From an uncultured Clostridia bacterium (GTDB lineage: Bacteria > Bacillota > Clostridia > Christensenellales > UBA1242): a stretch of 64,000 bases of DNA. The stretch is from positions 10,062 to 74,061 of the forward strand of contig CALVLZ010000009.1 of the NCBI GenBank assembly GCA_944341445.1. The letters run 5' to 3'. The notes beneath the pieces are model-generated. The model had not been told where the DNA came from. It made no database searches and saw only the letters and a list, made by a program, of their open reading frames with translations. The translations under genes and the position numbers were made by a program. This document shows, piece by piece, positions 20,863 through 31,527 of the stretch (the first letter of the stretch is position 1; every line of letters begins with the position of its first letter).

Positions 20863-22980
20863 ATGATGGCAGACGAACAAAATAAGAAAAAGAAATCATT
20901 TACAACAAAAGTTATTTTTTTATTAGCTTTTATAGTTGTATCATTTATTATTTCATTAGCAGTTGCTGGTTATTTGGAATACAACGAAATTAAATTTGAT
21001 ACAGCATTAATATCTACACCAGGTTTTTTTATTCCTTTTGCTGTTTTAATAGGAGGTTTAATTTTTGTTACCTATTCCGTATTAAAAAAACCAGCAGATA
21101 AAAAGCCTAAATCTGAAATTAAAACAGAAAATAATATTAAAAAGTTTTACGATTCTCATTTTTTAACATTAGATGAGTTACGAAAACAAAAAAATTTTAT
21201 GTTCCATTATTGGGAAGAACTTAAAACTTTAAAAATTAAGAAAAGTCCATATGGAAAAAAATCAGATTTTATTCCTTGTGGAATACCAATTCGAGGAGAA
21301 TTGATTAATAATAGACTAGAAGTCAATATGTACTCTGCAGATACCCACGCACTTATAGTTGGTACTTCTGGTTCTGGTAAATCTTCAAGACTTGTTGAAC
21401 CAACAATTCATATTTTAAGTGAAACAGGCGTTAAACCTCACTTGGTTATAACAGACCCAAAAGGTGAATTATTCCACGATACAAGTGAATCTTTGAAGAA
21501 AAAAGGCTACAACGTAATAGTTTTTGATATTGACGATCCTTATTCCAGCACACGTTGGAATCCACTATCCAGCATCTATAGGATGTATAGAAAAGCTCAA
21601 ACCTTACGTGATTTAGTTAAGGTTCACAGAGGAGATAATCCAAAAACTTTAAATTTAAAATGTCCACAACGCGAATATTACAATGAATGGTATGAATTAG
21701 ATGGTTATGCTCTAGCCGATAAACAAAGTTTGGAAGATTTTATTATTTCAACAAAACAACAATTGGAATCAAGATGTGTTGAAGAGTTAAAAGATGTTGC
21801 AAGTGTTATTGTTCCAGAAAGCAAATCTAACGACCCATATTGGGAAAACTCTGCTAGAAGTTTTATTCAAGCAATAATGACTGCAATGTTAGAAGATTCT
21901 AACGACCCAGAACTTGAAATGACTGAAGATAAATTTAATTTCTACAACGTAAATCAAATTGCAAACTTGGTTGACGTTGACAGTATGGGAACAAACCCAT
22001 ATAAATCAATTTGCAAATATTTTAATGATAGAGATAACTTTTCTCAAGCAAAAATTTTAGCAAGTAACGTTGTTAATAATAGAATTGAAACACAACAAAA
22101 CTTATTTGGTACAATCACTGAAAAATTAAGTATGTTTAACGATATGGGCATGTGTTATGTTACAAGTGCGAACGAAATGAATTTAAACAACTTTGACGAA
22201 CAACCAAGTGCACTATACTTAAGAATTCCAGACCAAAAAGTCAACCGTTATCCAATTGCAATAATGTTTATAACACAGTTATATAAACAGTTAGTTGAAA
22301 TTGCAAACACTAAAGAAGGATTACTTGATAGACCTTGTTATTTCATAATGGATGAGTTTGCAAATATGCCTCAAATACCTAACTTTAAAACAGTTATAAC
22401 AGTTTCTCGTGGTAGAAGAATATTCTTTATGCTTATTGTTCAATCTTATGTTCAGTTAAAAATTGCATATGGTGAAGATGTTGCAACAACAATTGAAGAC
22501 AACTGTAACGTTGTTCTATTCTTAGCAACAAACGACCAAGCAACTGCACAAAAAATTTCTGAAAAATGTGGAACAATTTCTTTTAAAACCACAACAACAA
22601 GTTATAGTTCAAATAAAAGCAATAACAAAGAAGATAAAGGTGGCGAAAGCAAAAATGAAAGTGTTGCTATTGACACTAGACCGTTAATATATAAAGAGGA
22701 ATTATCAACAATTCAAAAAAATGGTCAAGTTTTAATTTTATTCCAAAAAGACTTCCCTGCTAAAAGCAAATTTACATCTGCTTACGACCCTGCAATGAGT
22801 AAATTCTATGACAGGACCCCTGCAAGACAATTGCCAAGCATCCCTAAAAGATTAAACATTGAACAAATAACTTATGATATTAGAAAAATCAATCAATTAA
22901 AAGATGAAAAAAGCAGAAAAAACAATTCATCTGCTAACAACTCAAATTTTGGCGGTTTTGATAGTTTTAACTTATTTTAA
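20863..22980 (+). CDS. VirD4/TraG/TraD-type type IV coupling protein (T4CP)
   Basis: 705 aa with two N-terminal TM helices. Walker A is GTSGSGKSS (21361-21387) and Walker B is YFIMDEFANM. The RGRRIFFMLIVQSYVQL segment is typical of TraG/VirD4 family ATPases. Confidence 0.85.
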   Translation: MMADEQNKKKKSFTTKVIFLLAFIVVSFIISLAVAGYLEYNEIKFDTALISTPGFFIPFAVLIGGLIFVTYSVLKKPADKKPKSEIKTENNIKKFYDSHFLTLDELRKQKNFMFHYWEELKTLKIKKSPYGKKSDFIPCGIPIRGELINNRLEVNMYSADTHALIVGTSGSGKSSRLVEPTIHILSETGVKPHLVITDPKGELFHDTSESLKKKGYNVIVFDIDDPYSSTRWNPLSSIYRMYRKAQTLRDLVKVHRGDNPKTLNLKCPQREYYNEWYELDGYALADKQSLEDFIISTKQQLESRCVEELKDVASVIVPESKSNDPYWENSARSFIQAIMTAMLEDSNDPELEMTEDKFNFYNVNQIANLVDVDSMGTNPYKSICKYFNDRDNFSQAKILASNVVNNRIETQQNLFGTITEKLSMFNDMGMCYVTSANEMNLNNFDEQPSALYLRIPDQKVNRYPIAIMFITQLYKQLVEIANTKEGLLDRPCYFIMDEFANMPQIPNFKTVITVSRGRRIFFMLIVQSYVQLKIAYGEDVATTIEDNCNVVLFLATNDQATAQKISEKCGTISFKTTTTSYSSNKSNNKEDKGGESKNESVAIDTRPLIYKEELSTIQKNGQVLILFQKDFPAKSKFTSAYDPAMSKFYDRTPARQLPSIPKRLNIEQITYDIRKINQLKDEKSRKNNSSANNSNFGGFDSFNLF

Positions 22981-23010
22981 ACTTGGAATCACATTCCAAG
23001 TTTATTTTTT
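22981..23010 (+). terminator. Rho-independent terminator of the VirD4-like gene
   Basis: acttggaat-cac-attccaagt 9-bp stem immediately after the TAA, followed by ttatttttt. Confidence 0.75.
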
Positions 23011-23513
23011 ATTAATAAAATTTAAACTTATTTTTATGTTCATTTTTTACAATTTTAACAATTTTAATTATTATGCAAACTTGTTAATTATGCCTATATT
23101 TTAGGTGTTTTATAGAAACATGCATAGCACATAGAAGTTAAATTATTATATAAAATTTTTAATTAAAATTTTATTTAAACTACAACAAAAGAACGATTGA
23201 TTAAAAAAATTTTTGAAAATTAAAAATTATTAATTTTCTTTTTTTTCCCCGTTTCATATGAAAAAATATTTTACAATTTATATAATTACAAACGCAGCAT
23301 TATAAATAAATTATTAAATTTATTTTGTTTTAACTTAACTTAAATGTTGAATAAAAGTATATGATTATGATAAAGAATATAAATTAAATAATTATATAAA
23401 ATATATATAATATATAATAAACAAATTAAAATTATTTTGTTAATTTTTTATTGTGTGATAAAATATTCGTAAATGAATTATTAAATATGGAAAATCATTT
23501 TAGGAGATTTAAA

Positions 23514-26500
23514 ATGCAAAAGATTAAAAAGTTGTGGATTTTTAGTTTTATATCTATGGCAATAGCCCTTTTCACTGTTTGGGGAATTTTTTCTATTATA
23601 AAATCAACAAGCAAAGTAAATGCAGACCAGTTGCCTGAAGGCGTTGAATATGCTGCTTATATCGATAAGAGCGTTAGTTTCACTGAATATTCAGAAGATA
23701 CTGGTTATGTGTATGCAGAAGGCACTAGAAAATACGTTACCAAAAATGAAATAATTTCAGACGTAAATGGCAAATATGTTGAAATGCTTGAAAATAATGA
23801 AAATGGAGCAATTCAAAACACAAACTTTAACATTTTAAGAAATAGCCACGATAGTTATGTAACAAGTGGAATTGCAGAAAACTTCTACTTTACAATTGGA
23901 ACTGCCGTAAGCGGACCTGATGCAACATTGGACCCAAGCAAAACATATTTAACAGCTTTGCAAATTAATATGTTTTTAAATGGAAAAATGTTATATATTA
24001 ATCCAAGAAATTCAACAAATGTTATGGTTGACAACAAAGAAACAAGCATTGACTATTGGTATCAATATATAGACTTAACTAATATGTATTATTCGTTAGA
24101 TAACGACCCAAACCAAAAAGGTGAAAAAGTTGAAAATCCACAAGGAACATTTACATTAACATTCCAATTCTCAACAGTTAAAAATAATCAAATTGGCAAT
24201 GCTGTTACATATCAAGTTTCCTACACTACACTTTCGCAAAAAACTTATAAAGATAATTTTCCATATTTTGAAAACACTTTAAAAAATGTTGACACTTCAA
24301 CATATTTCACAAGTGAAGGAAGTAGTTCACCTTTACAATATTATTACAACTTTAATAACAAAAATAATATAGTTGAAACCAAAAAAGTTTTACCATCTTA
24401 TGTTTTTGACGCAAAACTTTATGGTTTGAATATTACTAGACAATATAACGATTTAATTGAATACATAACAACTGAATTTAGTATTGATGAAAATCAAACA
24501 GGAAAATTAAATATAAATTATTGGAATGCTGACAAACAAACCCTAATAAAAAAGGATACTGTTACAATTCCTAACGATGGCGGAAAATATATTTACAAGT
24601 TGGAATTTGAAGATTTTGGTGTTTACACTGTTGAAAACTTTTATATGGTTGAAACAACAAAAGAAGGTTCAACAGCAACTCGAACATTCCAAATGGCAAC
24701 AGGCTCAAATGTTTTAGCAAATCCAACTGAAAGTTTGCAATATTTTAAAAATGTTGAAAAAGATGTTTCTGTTAGTGGCGATGCATATGGCAAAAACACA
24801 TTTATTTTAAACAATGTTGGTATTAAATCATTCTTTTTAGATTATTCAAAAGTAAATAAAGAAATTGATAACTATTCCGTTATTAAAGAAAACAATCAAA
24901 ATTACAGCGACACTAATTGGTTAACAGCTAACATTGCTTCTAAAATTGAAAGTAACACTGGTTCTTATAGTTTAACAAATTATTTAAACACTAGTTACAA
25001 CACTTCATTATTTAAAACTATATTTGGTGCAAACATTCAGACAGTTGAAGAATTCAATAACAACTTCCCTGTTTTAAACCAAGGCCCAATTAGTTTTGAA
25101 AGATTTGGAACAATTAATCAAACTAAAAGCAAATATAAAATTTACCCTACTTTTAATGATTTATTAAATGGCACAACAGATTCAAACATTGTTAAACAAG
25201 GTGTTATTACAAAAGACACAAAATTAACACAAGTTGGCTATTACGAAGTTTTAATTAATTATGAATATAATGGAATAGATTTTGCTCAAGCATTTATTTT
25301 CTGCATTGACAAAAGTTCTCCAACTTCAACTTTGTACACATACGATGCTGAAAATGGCAATAAAGAAATTTTAACAAAAAAATATACAAACAAGATTGTT
25401 GAATTTGAATTTCCTAAACAAACATATTTCCAAGCTCCAATCAGAGCAAGATATATTAGAACAGAATTAGGAACAGGTTTCTCAAACAATTTTGATGGTG
25501 TTGAATTTAATTACACATCAGGAACTCAATTAATAGATGATGGTAACTATAGCATTCAATTGGTATTTGGCGAAACAGATAGTTACTACATTGAACAATT
25601 TGTTATTGATACTTTAGATATTGATGGCATGAAATACTCACCTATTGATGCAGTTTACAATGAGAACAACCAAGTTATTGGCTACACATTAAAAAGTGAT
25701 ATTTCAACAAGCAACGCAAATTTAACAAGTCACCCATTTACATTCTTATTTAACGAAAAATTAAGTGATGCAAAAATAGAAGTTAAATATAAAAAATTTA
25801 ATTTTGAATTAATTTCAAGTTCTGGAAATTTATTAGATAATGTTACTGCACTTGAAACTAATAAATATGTAACAACAGGCTATAAATTAGTTAACAAAGT
25901 TTCCGCTTATTCAGATTACTTTGCGTTTGATAAAAATTCTTTAGAAGTTCCTGAAAAAAATGTATTTGTTGATAACACTAGCGGTTTATACATTTTTGAA
26001 CTTGTTGATGAAGCAGGCAACACTGCAACATTCTTTGTTATTTACGATTTAACAAAACCACAAGTTGTGTTTAACCCACAAATTGAAAACAAATATAACA
26101 TTGTTAACTCTGCAACAGATATCATTTGGGGACAAAGCAAAGCAACATTAGTTGAAAAAGTTAATGATGGAGATGAATCTTTTAATAACTTATTAAATGA
26201 CCCTGAAAGTAACTTCCAAAGTTATTTCTCACAAATTGAAAACAAAAATTATATGTCTGTTAAAAACTCAAACGTTGTTTTTGAATATTATTTAAATAAT
26301 GTATTACAAACAACAACTATTAATGTTGGAGCAACATCTGATGATTGGCACAAAACAATTTACCCAACACAAGAAGATGCACCACAAGGAACTTCAGAAC
26401 ATTTTATTGGTGAAAAAGATTACACTATAACAATAACACCATCGACAAACACAAATTACACAACTTCTTTAAACAACGATGTTAAATCAAAGTTTAACAT

Positions 26501-29500
26501 TTCAATGAACTTAGATTCTTCCATTGGAATATTTAATGGTTATTATGATGAACATTCTGATAACAGCACAGGTATTAGAATTTTAAAAGACACTTCAACT
26601 AACTCAAACAAACTTCGTTTTAGTTTAATCCCAAAACTTGACGAAGTTGAAGATCCTAACAGAGTTATTGAATTAAGTTATGAATACTACCCTGTTGCAG
26701 TTAGTGAATATGAAAACTTGCAAGATGGTTCTAGTTTAACAATTCAAGCTAACAGTGATGGAAAACCTAATGTATTATACCCTTTCAGCAAAAACCCAAC
26801 AATAACAAAAACATTAATTAGCAATGGCTCAATTGTTGATATGTCTTCATATTCAGACCCTGAAGACCCTGAAAGAGTTTTCTCAAACATAATTAACCCA
26901 ACCATAATTAATGGAGAAACATTCACACAAGAAGGTTTCTACATTTTCAAAAGAGTTTATGATGAAGAAAAGTTTGCAACCGTTGAAGATAGCAATGATA
27001 CTTTAATTAGATATTATGCAGTTTGCGTAACACGTGAAGGCATAATAAACATTTCAGATTCAATTTCAACAGGAAAAAATATTTCATTTAGTATGCCAAA
27101 TGGAAACAAAGAACCTGTTATATTCACTGCAGAAGATATTCAGAGTTATATTAGTGCAGGTGAAACAAATCTTTTCACAACTAATAAATTACCATTAAAA
27201 TTCACATTGCCAAATGATAAATATGATGCAGAAACAACTTTGAACAATATTTCTAATATTGATTCTGAATATTTAATAAATGCAATTAATTTAAATAACA
27301 GATTGTTTGGTTTAAAATTAACTTTAACAAACAAATATTTATTAAACAATGGTTACACAACTGAAAATGTTGTTGTTGATAACGTTGTTAATAGAAATTA
27401 CAACACTTATAAAATTTTTGATGATACCGGTTCTTTAATAAACCCATCAAGCGATACTCGTGTTAGAGAAAGTGGATTTAACAAAGCTGGAAGTTTTACT
27501 GTTACTATTAGTGATAGTTCTGGCATTGATAAGTTCCCAAGCAACACAACAACTTTTAATTACACAATATCCCACTACTCTCCTAATGGAAAATTTATTA
27601 ACAACAATTATTCTTATTCAGAAAGACCTTCCCAAACAGAAGCGAACAAAACAATTTTTAAAAGCACAAATCAGAAAGAAATTTATTTTTCATTTAACGA
27701 TAAAGGTGAAGTTGGCGGAATTAATGGAATTGATATGTTCAAAGCCGAAATTGACCCAACAAACATCGAAGTTAAACAAATATTGCCAAACGGAGCAGTT
27801 GGAAAAACATATACAATTAAAAACCAAGAACAACTTAACACTGCAATTGCAGAAGGATTAATTGAAAAAGTTAATTTTAACTCTGCAGGAGATGTTGTTG
27901 AAGATAACGACCCTGGCATTATTGCAACCAATTACATAATTCATATAACAAGCGAAACAAGTCCTGAAACAAGCATAATGAACGGAACAGGAACAGAAAG
28001 CACATATGAAGTTAAATTATGTTTTGTTGGAAATGAGAATGATTATATTGGAACATCTGCAAATGGCGAAACTGTTAATTATTTCTACAGAACTTTCTCA
28101 ATAACAGTTGATAGAACAAAACCTAGCGCAAATGTTAACAAATTAAAAGCAAATGATAAATTCACAGATTCTAGCTTCACCGCTAATTTAGAAAGTTATA
28201 TGTTTGCGGTAACAGATTTGCAACAAAGTTCTGCATTCTTTAAATTCACAAGAGAAAATAACAACGTAAATGAAAGTGATGAGATTTTTGCTAGGTACCT
28301 ATCTTCTCCATTAAATTATTTGCAAACAATAACTCCAGACAATCCAAATTACAAAAATTTAGTTGTTTACCCTAACAATCCAATGTTTGAAGAAGGCAAC
28401 AGTATTTATGTTAATTTACAAGGCTATAATGAAGAAGGTGTTATTAACCTTGAAACTTTGGGAGAAAGCGGTTATTATGAAATTATTGAACGTGATGAAG
28501 CTGGAAACTACATTGTTTATGTTGTACACTACGTTAAAGCATCTGATTTAGTTAACTATGTTCCTAATTTAAACATTAGTTACAACAATGTTAACTCAGA
28601 TACACCAATTGCTAAAGACATATCTGGCAATTATAATGATATTTTAACAACACAATACACAACTGAAATATTAGGTGAAAACTTCAGTATTAATAACATT
28701 AAAACTTATAATTATGTTGACTTGTTCCAAAAAGTTACAGTTAATATAAACAATCAACGTGAAAAAACATTTATAAGCACTGCAGAAGATAAACAACTTT
28801 CTAATTTAAATAGTTTCTTATCAGAAATTAATAGTTACATAAAAACTCAAACAGAATCAAGTTTGAAAAATGGTTACAAAGTAACAATAACCTTAACAAA
28901 CAGGTTCTTTGAAAATTATGTTATCACATACTTAATTGCAGGCGCTCAATTAGAACCAATTTATAACATTAACGAAACTAAACAAACAATTCAAATAACA
29001 ATTCCAAACGATAACGAAACAACAAAAATTGTTGCATTCAGAGTTTATAAATTCGAAAATGGTGCTTGGAAGTTATTAAATACAGATAACTCCTCACCTA
29101 ACCCAAAACCAATTATAACAAGCGCTGAATTAGTTGGAAGAGAATCTTTAGCTGGTGATACTTATAATTTTGGCGCTGGCGAATATCAATTTGAATTGAT
29201 TGATAATTTTGGAAGAGGTTTATCTGAAAATAACGAATCTTTCTTTAAAGGTGTTGGAATTAGTAACGTTGCATACTTTAGTGATTTTTACAATAATCAA
29301 CAACCTGCTGAAGGAGGAAATGTTGTTAACTACACTGCAAAGCCTTTCACATTCACATATCAATCTAACTACTATAATTTAAACATTTATTTACCAACAG
29401 AAAATGGAAATTTCTCAAAAACTCCAATAAACACAGCAAATAACCCAGATTGGTTAACACAATATTCTGCTCTTATTGAAGAATCTAGAGTTGTTGGTAG

Positions 29501-31496
29501 CATTATAACTTATAAATTTAAAAATAACGAAAATGCAGTTGAAAGAAAATTTAAAATTGAACTTGTTTACACAAGAGGAACAATTCAACAAATTCAAACT
29601 TACATTTTAAGTATTTATAACATCTTACCAGAAATTAATTTATATAATTTATCTGGAGCAATTTTGCCAAACAGCAACGATGAATTAAATCCAACAATTC
29701 TAACTCAACCATTTAGAATTAATTGGGAAACTGATAACTTTAACACTGTTGTTAATTTAACACGTGTTTATACTGATGATTTGGGAAGAACACAAACTGA
29801 AAACATTAACAACATTTCTCAAAATTACTTAATTGATAAACCAGGCTTCTACACTGCAAGCATAACTAACAAATTTGGTTATACTCACACTGAATACAAC
29901 AGATACTTTAAATATTTAGAAGATAATGTTGAATTGTATTCTGTTATTGCAGTGGAAAACGGAATGGATAAAACATTCTTGAAAAATGCTGATAATAATG
30001 AAGTTTATGTTGATGAACAAGGCAAGGAGCATCCATTAATTGTTTATTATGCAACAACAGATTTTGATGGTTCTAACAGCAATAAATATATTGAAATTAG
30101 GGTTAACACAGACCAACAACTACAATCTGAATCAATACCTAACCCTTCTGGAATAGAAGTTCCTAATGAAAAATATTACAAAATTTCTTCAATGGATGAA
30201 AACACTTCTTTCGGTTACATTAGATACATCAAAATTAAATTTATTAATGCTTCAACAAACTTTGCAGAGCCTCTAATTGAACAACCAAACAATGAAGGAA
30301 ACCTTGAAGCAGTTGACATTCCAAGCAATAACACAATTAAAACAATTAAGGATTATTTAAAAATTTCTTGGTCAATAAAAAATTCTGATGAAATTTTCGA
30401 TATTAATTCTGCATACAACAAAGTTAATATAACAGTTTTATATAGAGATGCTTTGAACAACTTAGTTAAATTATCACCTGCAATAACTATTGATGAAGAA
30501 AGTGCTAAAGCATATATCACTTTAACAAAAGCTGGAAAATATGTTATTTCCTTTTCAGATTTAGCAGGCAACACTCACCTATTCAATGGTTCTAGCAACT
30601 TAAATATAACAATTGCAAATGATGTATTGTTCACTGTTAACAACAATGAACCAATACAAAACCAATACTTTAATGATGAAGTTATAATAAAAGTTTTAAA
30701 AGATTCAACCTTGTATTATGGTGACCCTATTGTAACAGCAACAAGAAATGGCGAAACTTTTGAAATTGAAAAAGTTGAAAATACACTTGATTCTTATATA
30801 TTCAAATTACAAGGCTACTATCAAGTTACAATTTCAACAAAAATAACAATTAATGGTGAAATTGTTGATTTAATCACAATTTATTCATTCACAATAATTA
30901 ATAACAATCAATCAAATTTATGTTTCAACATTCCAGAAAGTTATAATTTCAGAATTGTTGAAGTTATAAAAAATGAAAATGAAAATATAACAGATAGTTT
31001 TGATTCTTTAAATTCTTTATGGTTATCACCTGCAGACACAGGAAATGGTATTTATGATATAACATTATTATATGATGATGTTGTTAATGGAATAAAACAA
31101 ACATTCTCATTTAGTGTTTGGATTGGCGACGAACAACCTGTTCTAATTTCAAATTATGAATTTGGAACAAGCACAAATAAAGAAATAACAATAACTTATA
31201 ATCCACAAGCAATCTATTCTCAAATTGGTGAATCTTATATTAAAATATCTGGCTTTAAAGATATTGAAATTAATAGCGAATCACCTAACACTCAAGCAAA
31301 TGTTGTGTTAAAAGAAAACAGAGAATATTGGATTAGAATAACAAGCAAAGATGGAAAAATTATAACTTCATATAAAATAACAAAAGTTGAACCACTAAAC
31401 ACAACTGCAATAATTATAATTGTTGTTGTTTGTGTGTTAGTTGTTGCATTAACAGTTGTATTCATAATCTTGCGTAAACATATTAAATTTAGATAA
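23514..31496 (+). CDS. Giant (2660 aa) secreted surface protein with C-terminal membrane anchor
   Basis: The ORF opens at TTG 23451, but the ATG at 23514 is preceded by AGGAG. The N-terminal signal-like segment is MQKIKKLWIFSFISMAIALFTVWGIFSIIKSTSKVNA. The body is N/T/Y-rich with Ig-like module boundary signatures (D-x-AGN ... D-[KRL]-[ST]-[KS]-P). A C-terminal TM helix (31407-31472) is followed by RKHIKFR. There is no LPXTG. Confidence 0.8.
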   Translation: MQKIKKLWIFSFISMAIALFTVWGIFSIIKSTSKVNADQLPEGVEYAAYIDKSVSFTEYSEDTGYVYAEGTRKYVTKNEIISDVNGKYVEMLENNENGAIQNTNFNILRNSHDSYVTSGIAENFYFTIGTAVSGPDATLDPSKTYLTALQINMFLNGKMLYINPRNSTNVMVDNKETSIDYWYQYIDLTNMYYSLDNDPNQKGEKVENPQGTFTLTFQFSTVKNNQIGNAVTYQVSYTTLSQKTYKDNFPYFENTLKNVDTSTYFTSEGSSSPLQYYYNFNNKNNIVETKKVLPSYVFDAKLYGLNITRQYNDLIEYITTEFSIDENQTGKLNINYWNADKQTLIKKDTVTIPNDGGKYIYKLEFEDFGVYTVENFYMVETTKEGSTATRTFQMATGSNVLANPTESLQYFKNVEKDVSVSGDAYGKNTFILNNVGIKSFFLDYSKVNKEIDNYSVIKENNQNYSDTNWLTANIASKIESNTGSYSLTNYLNTSYNTSLFKTIFGANIQTVEEFNNNFPVLNQGPISFERFGTINQTKSKYKIYPTFNDLLNGTTDSNIVKQGVITKDTKLTQVGYYEVLINYEYNGIDFAQAFIFCIDKSSPTSTLYTYDAENGNKEILTKKYTNKIVEFEFPKQTYFQAPIRARYIRTELGTGFSNNFDGVEFNYTSGTQLIDDGNYSIQLVFGETDSYYIEQFVIDTLDIDGMKYSPIDAVYNENNQVIGYTLKSDISTSNANLTSHPFTFLFNEKLSDAKIEVKYKKFNFELISSSGNLLDNVTALETNKYVTTGYKLVNKVSAYSDYFAFDKNSLEVPEKNVFVDNTSGLYIFELVDEAGNTATFFVIYDLTKPQVVFNPQIENKYNIVNSATDIIWGQSKATLVEKVNDGDESFNNLLNDPESNFQSYFSQIENKNYMSVKNSNVVFEYYLNNVLQTTTINVGATSDDWHKTIYPTQEDAPQGTSEHFIGEKDYTITITPSTNTNYTTSLNNDVKSKFNISMNLDSSIGIFNGYYDEHSDNSTGIRILKDTSTNSNKLRFSLIPKLDEVEDPNRVIELSYEYYPVAVSEYENLQDGSSLTIQANSDGKPNVLYPFSKNPTITKTLISNGSIVDMSSYSDPEDPERVFSNIINPTIINGETFTQEGFYIFKRVYDEEKFATVEDSNDTLIRYYAVCVTREGIINISDSISTGKNISFSMPNGNKEPVIFTAEDIQSYISAGETNLFTTNKLPLKFTLPNDKYDAETTLNNISNIDSEYLINAINLNNRLFGLKLTLTNKYLLNNGYTTENVVVDNVVNRNYNTYKIFDDTGSLINPSSDTRVRESGFNKAGSFTVTISDSSGIDKFPSNTTTFNYTISHYSPNGKFINNNYSYSERPSQTEANKTIFKSTNQKEIYFSFNDKGEVGGINGIDMFKAEIDPTNIEVKQILPNGAVGKTYTIKNQEQLNTAIAEGLIEKVNFNSAGDVVEDNDPGIIATNYIIHITSETSPETSIMNGTGTESTYEVKLCFVGNENDYIGTSANGETVNYFYRTFSITVDRTKPSANVNKLKANDKFTDSSFTANLESYMFAVTDLQQSSAFFKFTRENNNVNESDEIFARYLSSPLNYLQTITPDNPNYKNLVVYPNNPMFEEGNSIYVNLQGYNEEGVINLETLGESGYYEIIERDEAGNYIVYVVHYVKASDLVNYVPNLNISYNNVNSDTPIAKDISGNYNDILTTQYTTEILGENFSINNIKTYNYVDLFQKVTVNINNQREKTFISTAEDKQLSNLNSFLSEINSYIKTQTESSLKNGYKVTITLTNRFFENYVITYLIAGAQLEPIYNINETKQTIQITIPNDNETTKIVAFRVYKFENGAWKLLNTDNSSPNPKPIITSAELVGRESLAGDTYNFGAGEYQFELIDNFGRGLSENNESFFKGVGISNVAYFSDFYNNQQPAEGGNVVNYTAKPFTFTYQSNYYNLNIYLPTENGNFSKTPINTANNPDWLTQYSALIEESRVVGSIITYKFKNNENAVERKFKIELVYTRGTIQQIQTYILSIYNILPEINLYNLSGAILPNSNDELNPTILTQPFRINWETDNFNTVVNLTRVYTDDLGRTQTENINNISQNYLIDKPGFYTASITNKFGYTHTEYNRYFKYLEDNVELYSVIAVENGMDKTFLKNADNNEVYVDEQGKEHPLIVYYATTDFDGSNSNKYIEIRVNTDQQLQSESIPNPSGIEVPNEKYYKISSMDENTSFGYIRYIKIKFINASTNFAEPLIEQPNNEGNLEAVDIPSNNTIKTIKDYLKISWSIKNSDEIFDINSAYNKVNITVLYRDALNNLVKLSPAITIDEESAKAYITLTKAGKYVISFSDLAGNTHLFNGSSNLNITIANDVLFTVNNNEPIQNQYFNDEVIIKVLKDSTLYYGDPIVTATRNGETFEIEKVENTLDSYIFKLQGYYQVTISTKITINGEIVDLITIYSFTIINNNQSNLCFNIPESYNFRIVEVIKNENENITDSFDSLNSLWLSPADTGNGIYDITLLYDDVVNGIKQTFSFSVWIGDEQPVLISNYEFGTSTNKEITITYNPQAIYSQIGESYIKISGFKDIEINSESPNTQANVVLKENREYWIRITSKDGKIITSYKITKVEPLNTTAIIIIVVVCVLVVALTVVFIILRKHIKFR

Positions 31497-31500
31497 AAAA

Positions 31501-31527
31501 ATAACGGCAATCGCCGTTATTTTTTTG
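31501..31527. terminator. Bidirectional rho-independent terminator between the giant surface gene and the rho-like gene
   Basis: ataacggc-aatc-gccgttat hairpin with a G/C core. A T-run follows on the plus strand and an A-run precedes it. Confidence 0.8.

Noticed and set aside
22904-23104. 66-aa plus-strand ORF overlapping the VirD4-like 3' end
   Set aside because: It is out of frame with a well-supported gene, spans that gene's terminator hairpin and has no RBS.
23437-23464. Promoter-like TTGTTA / 16-nt spacer / TAAAAT upstream of the giant surface-protein gene
   Set aside because: It is only a weak match in a region that is almost pure A/T. Several equally good alternatives exist within the 500-bp spacer, so it is not listed as a feature.
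27460-27931. ORFs 27460-27861 (+) and 27683-27931 (-) inside the giant surface-protein gene
   Set aside because: They are alternative-frame or antisense ORFs inside an 8-kb continuous ORF. They have no independent signals.
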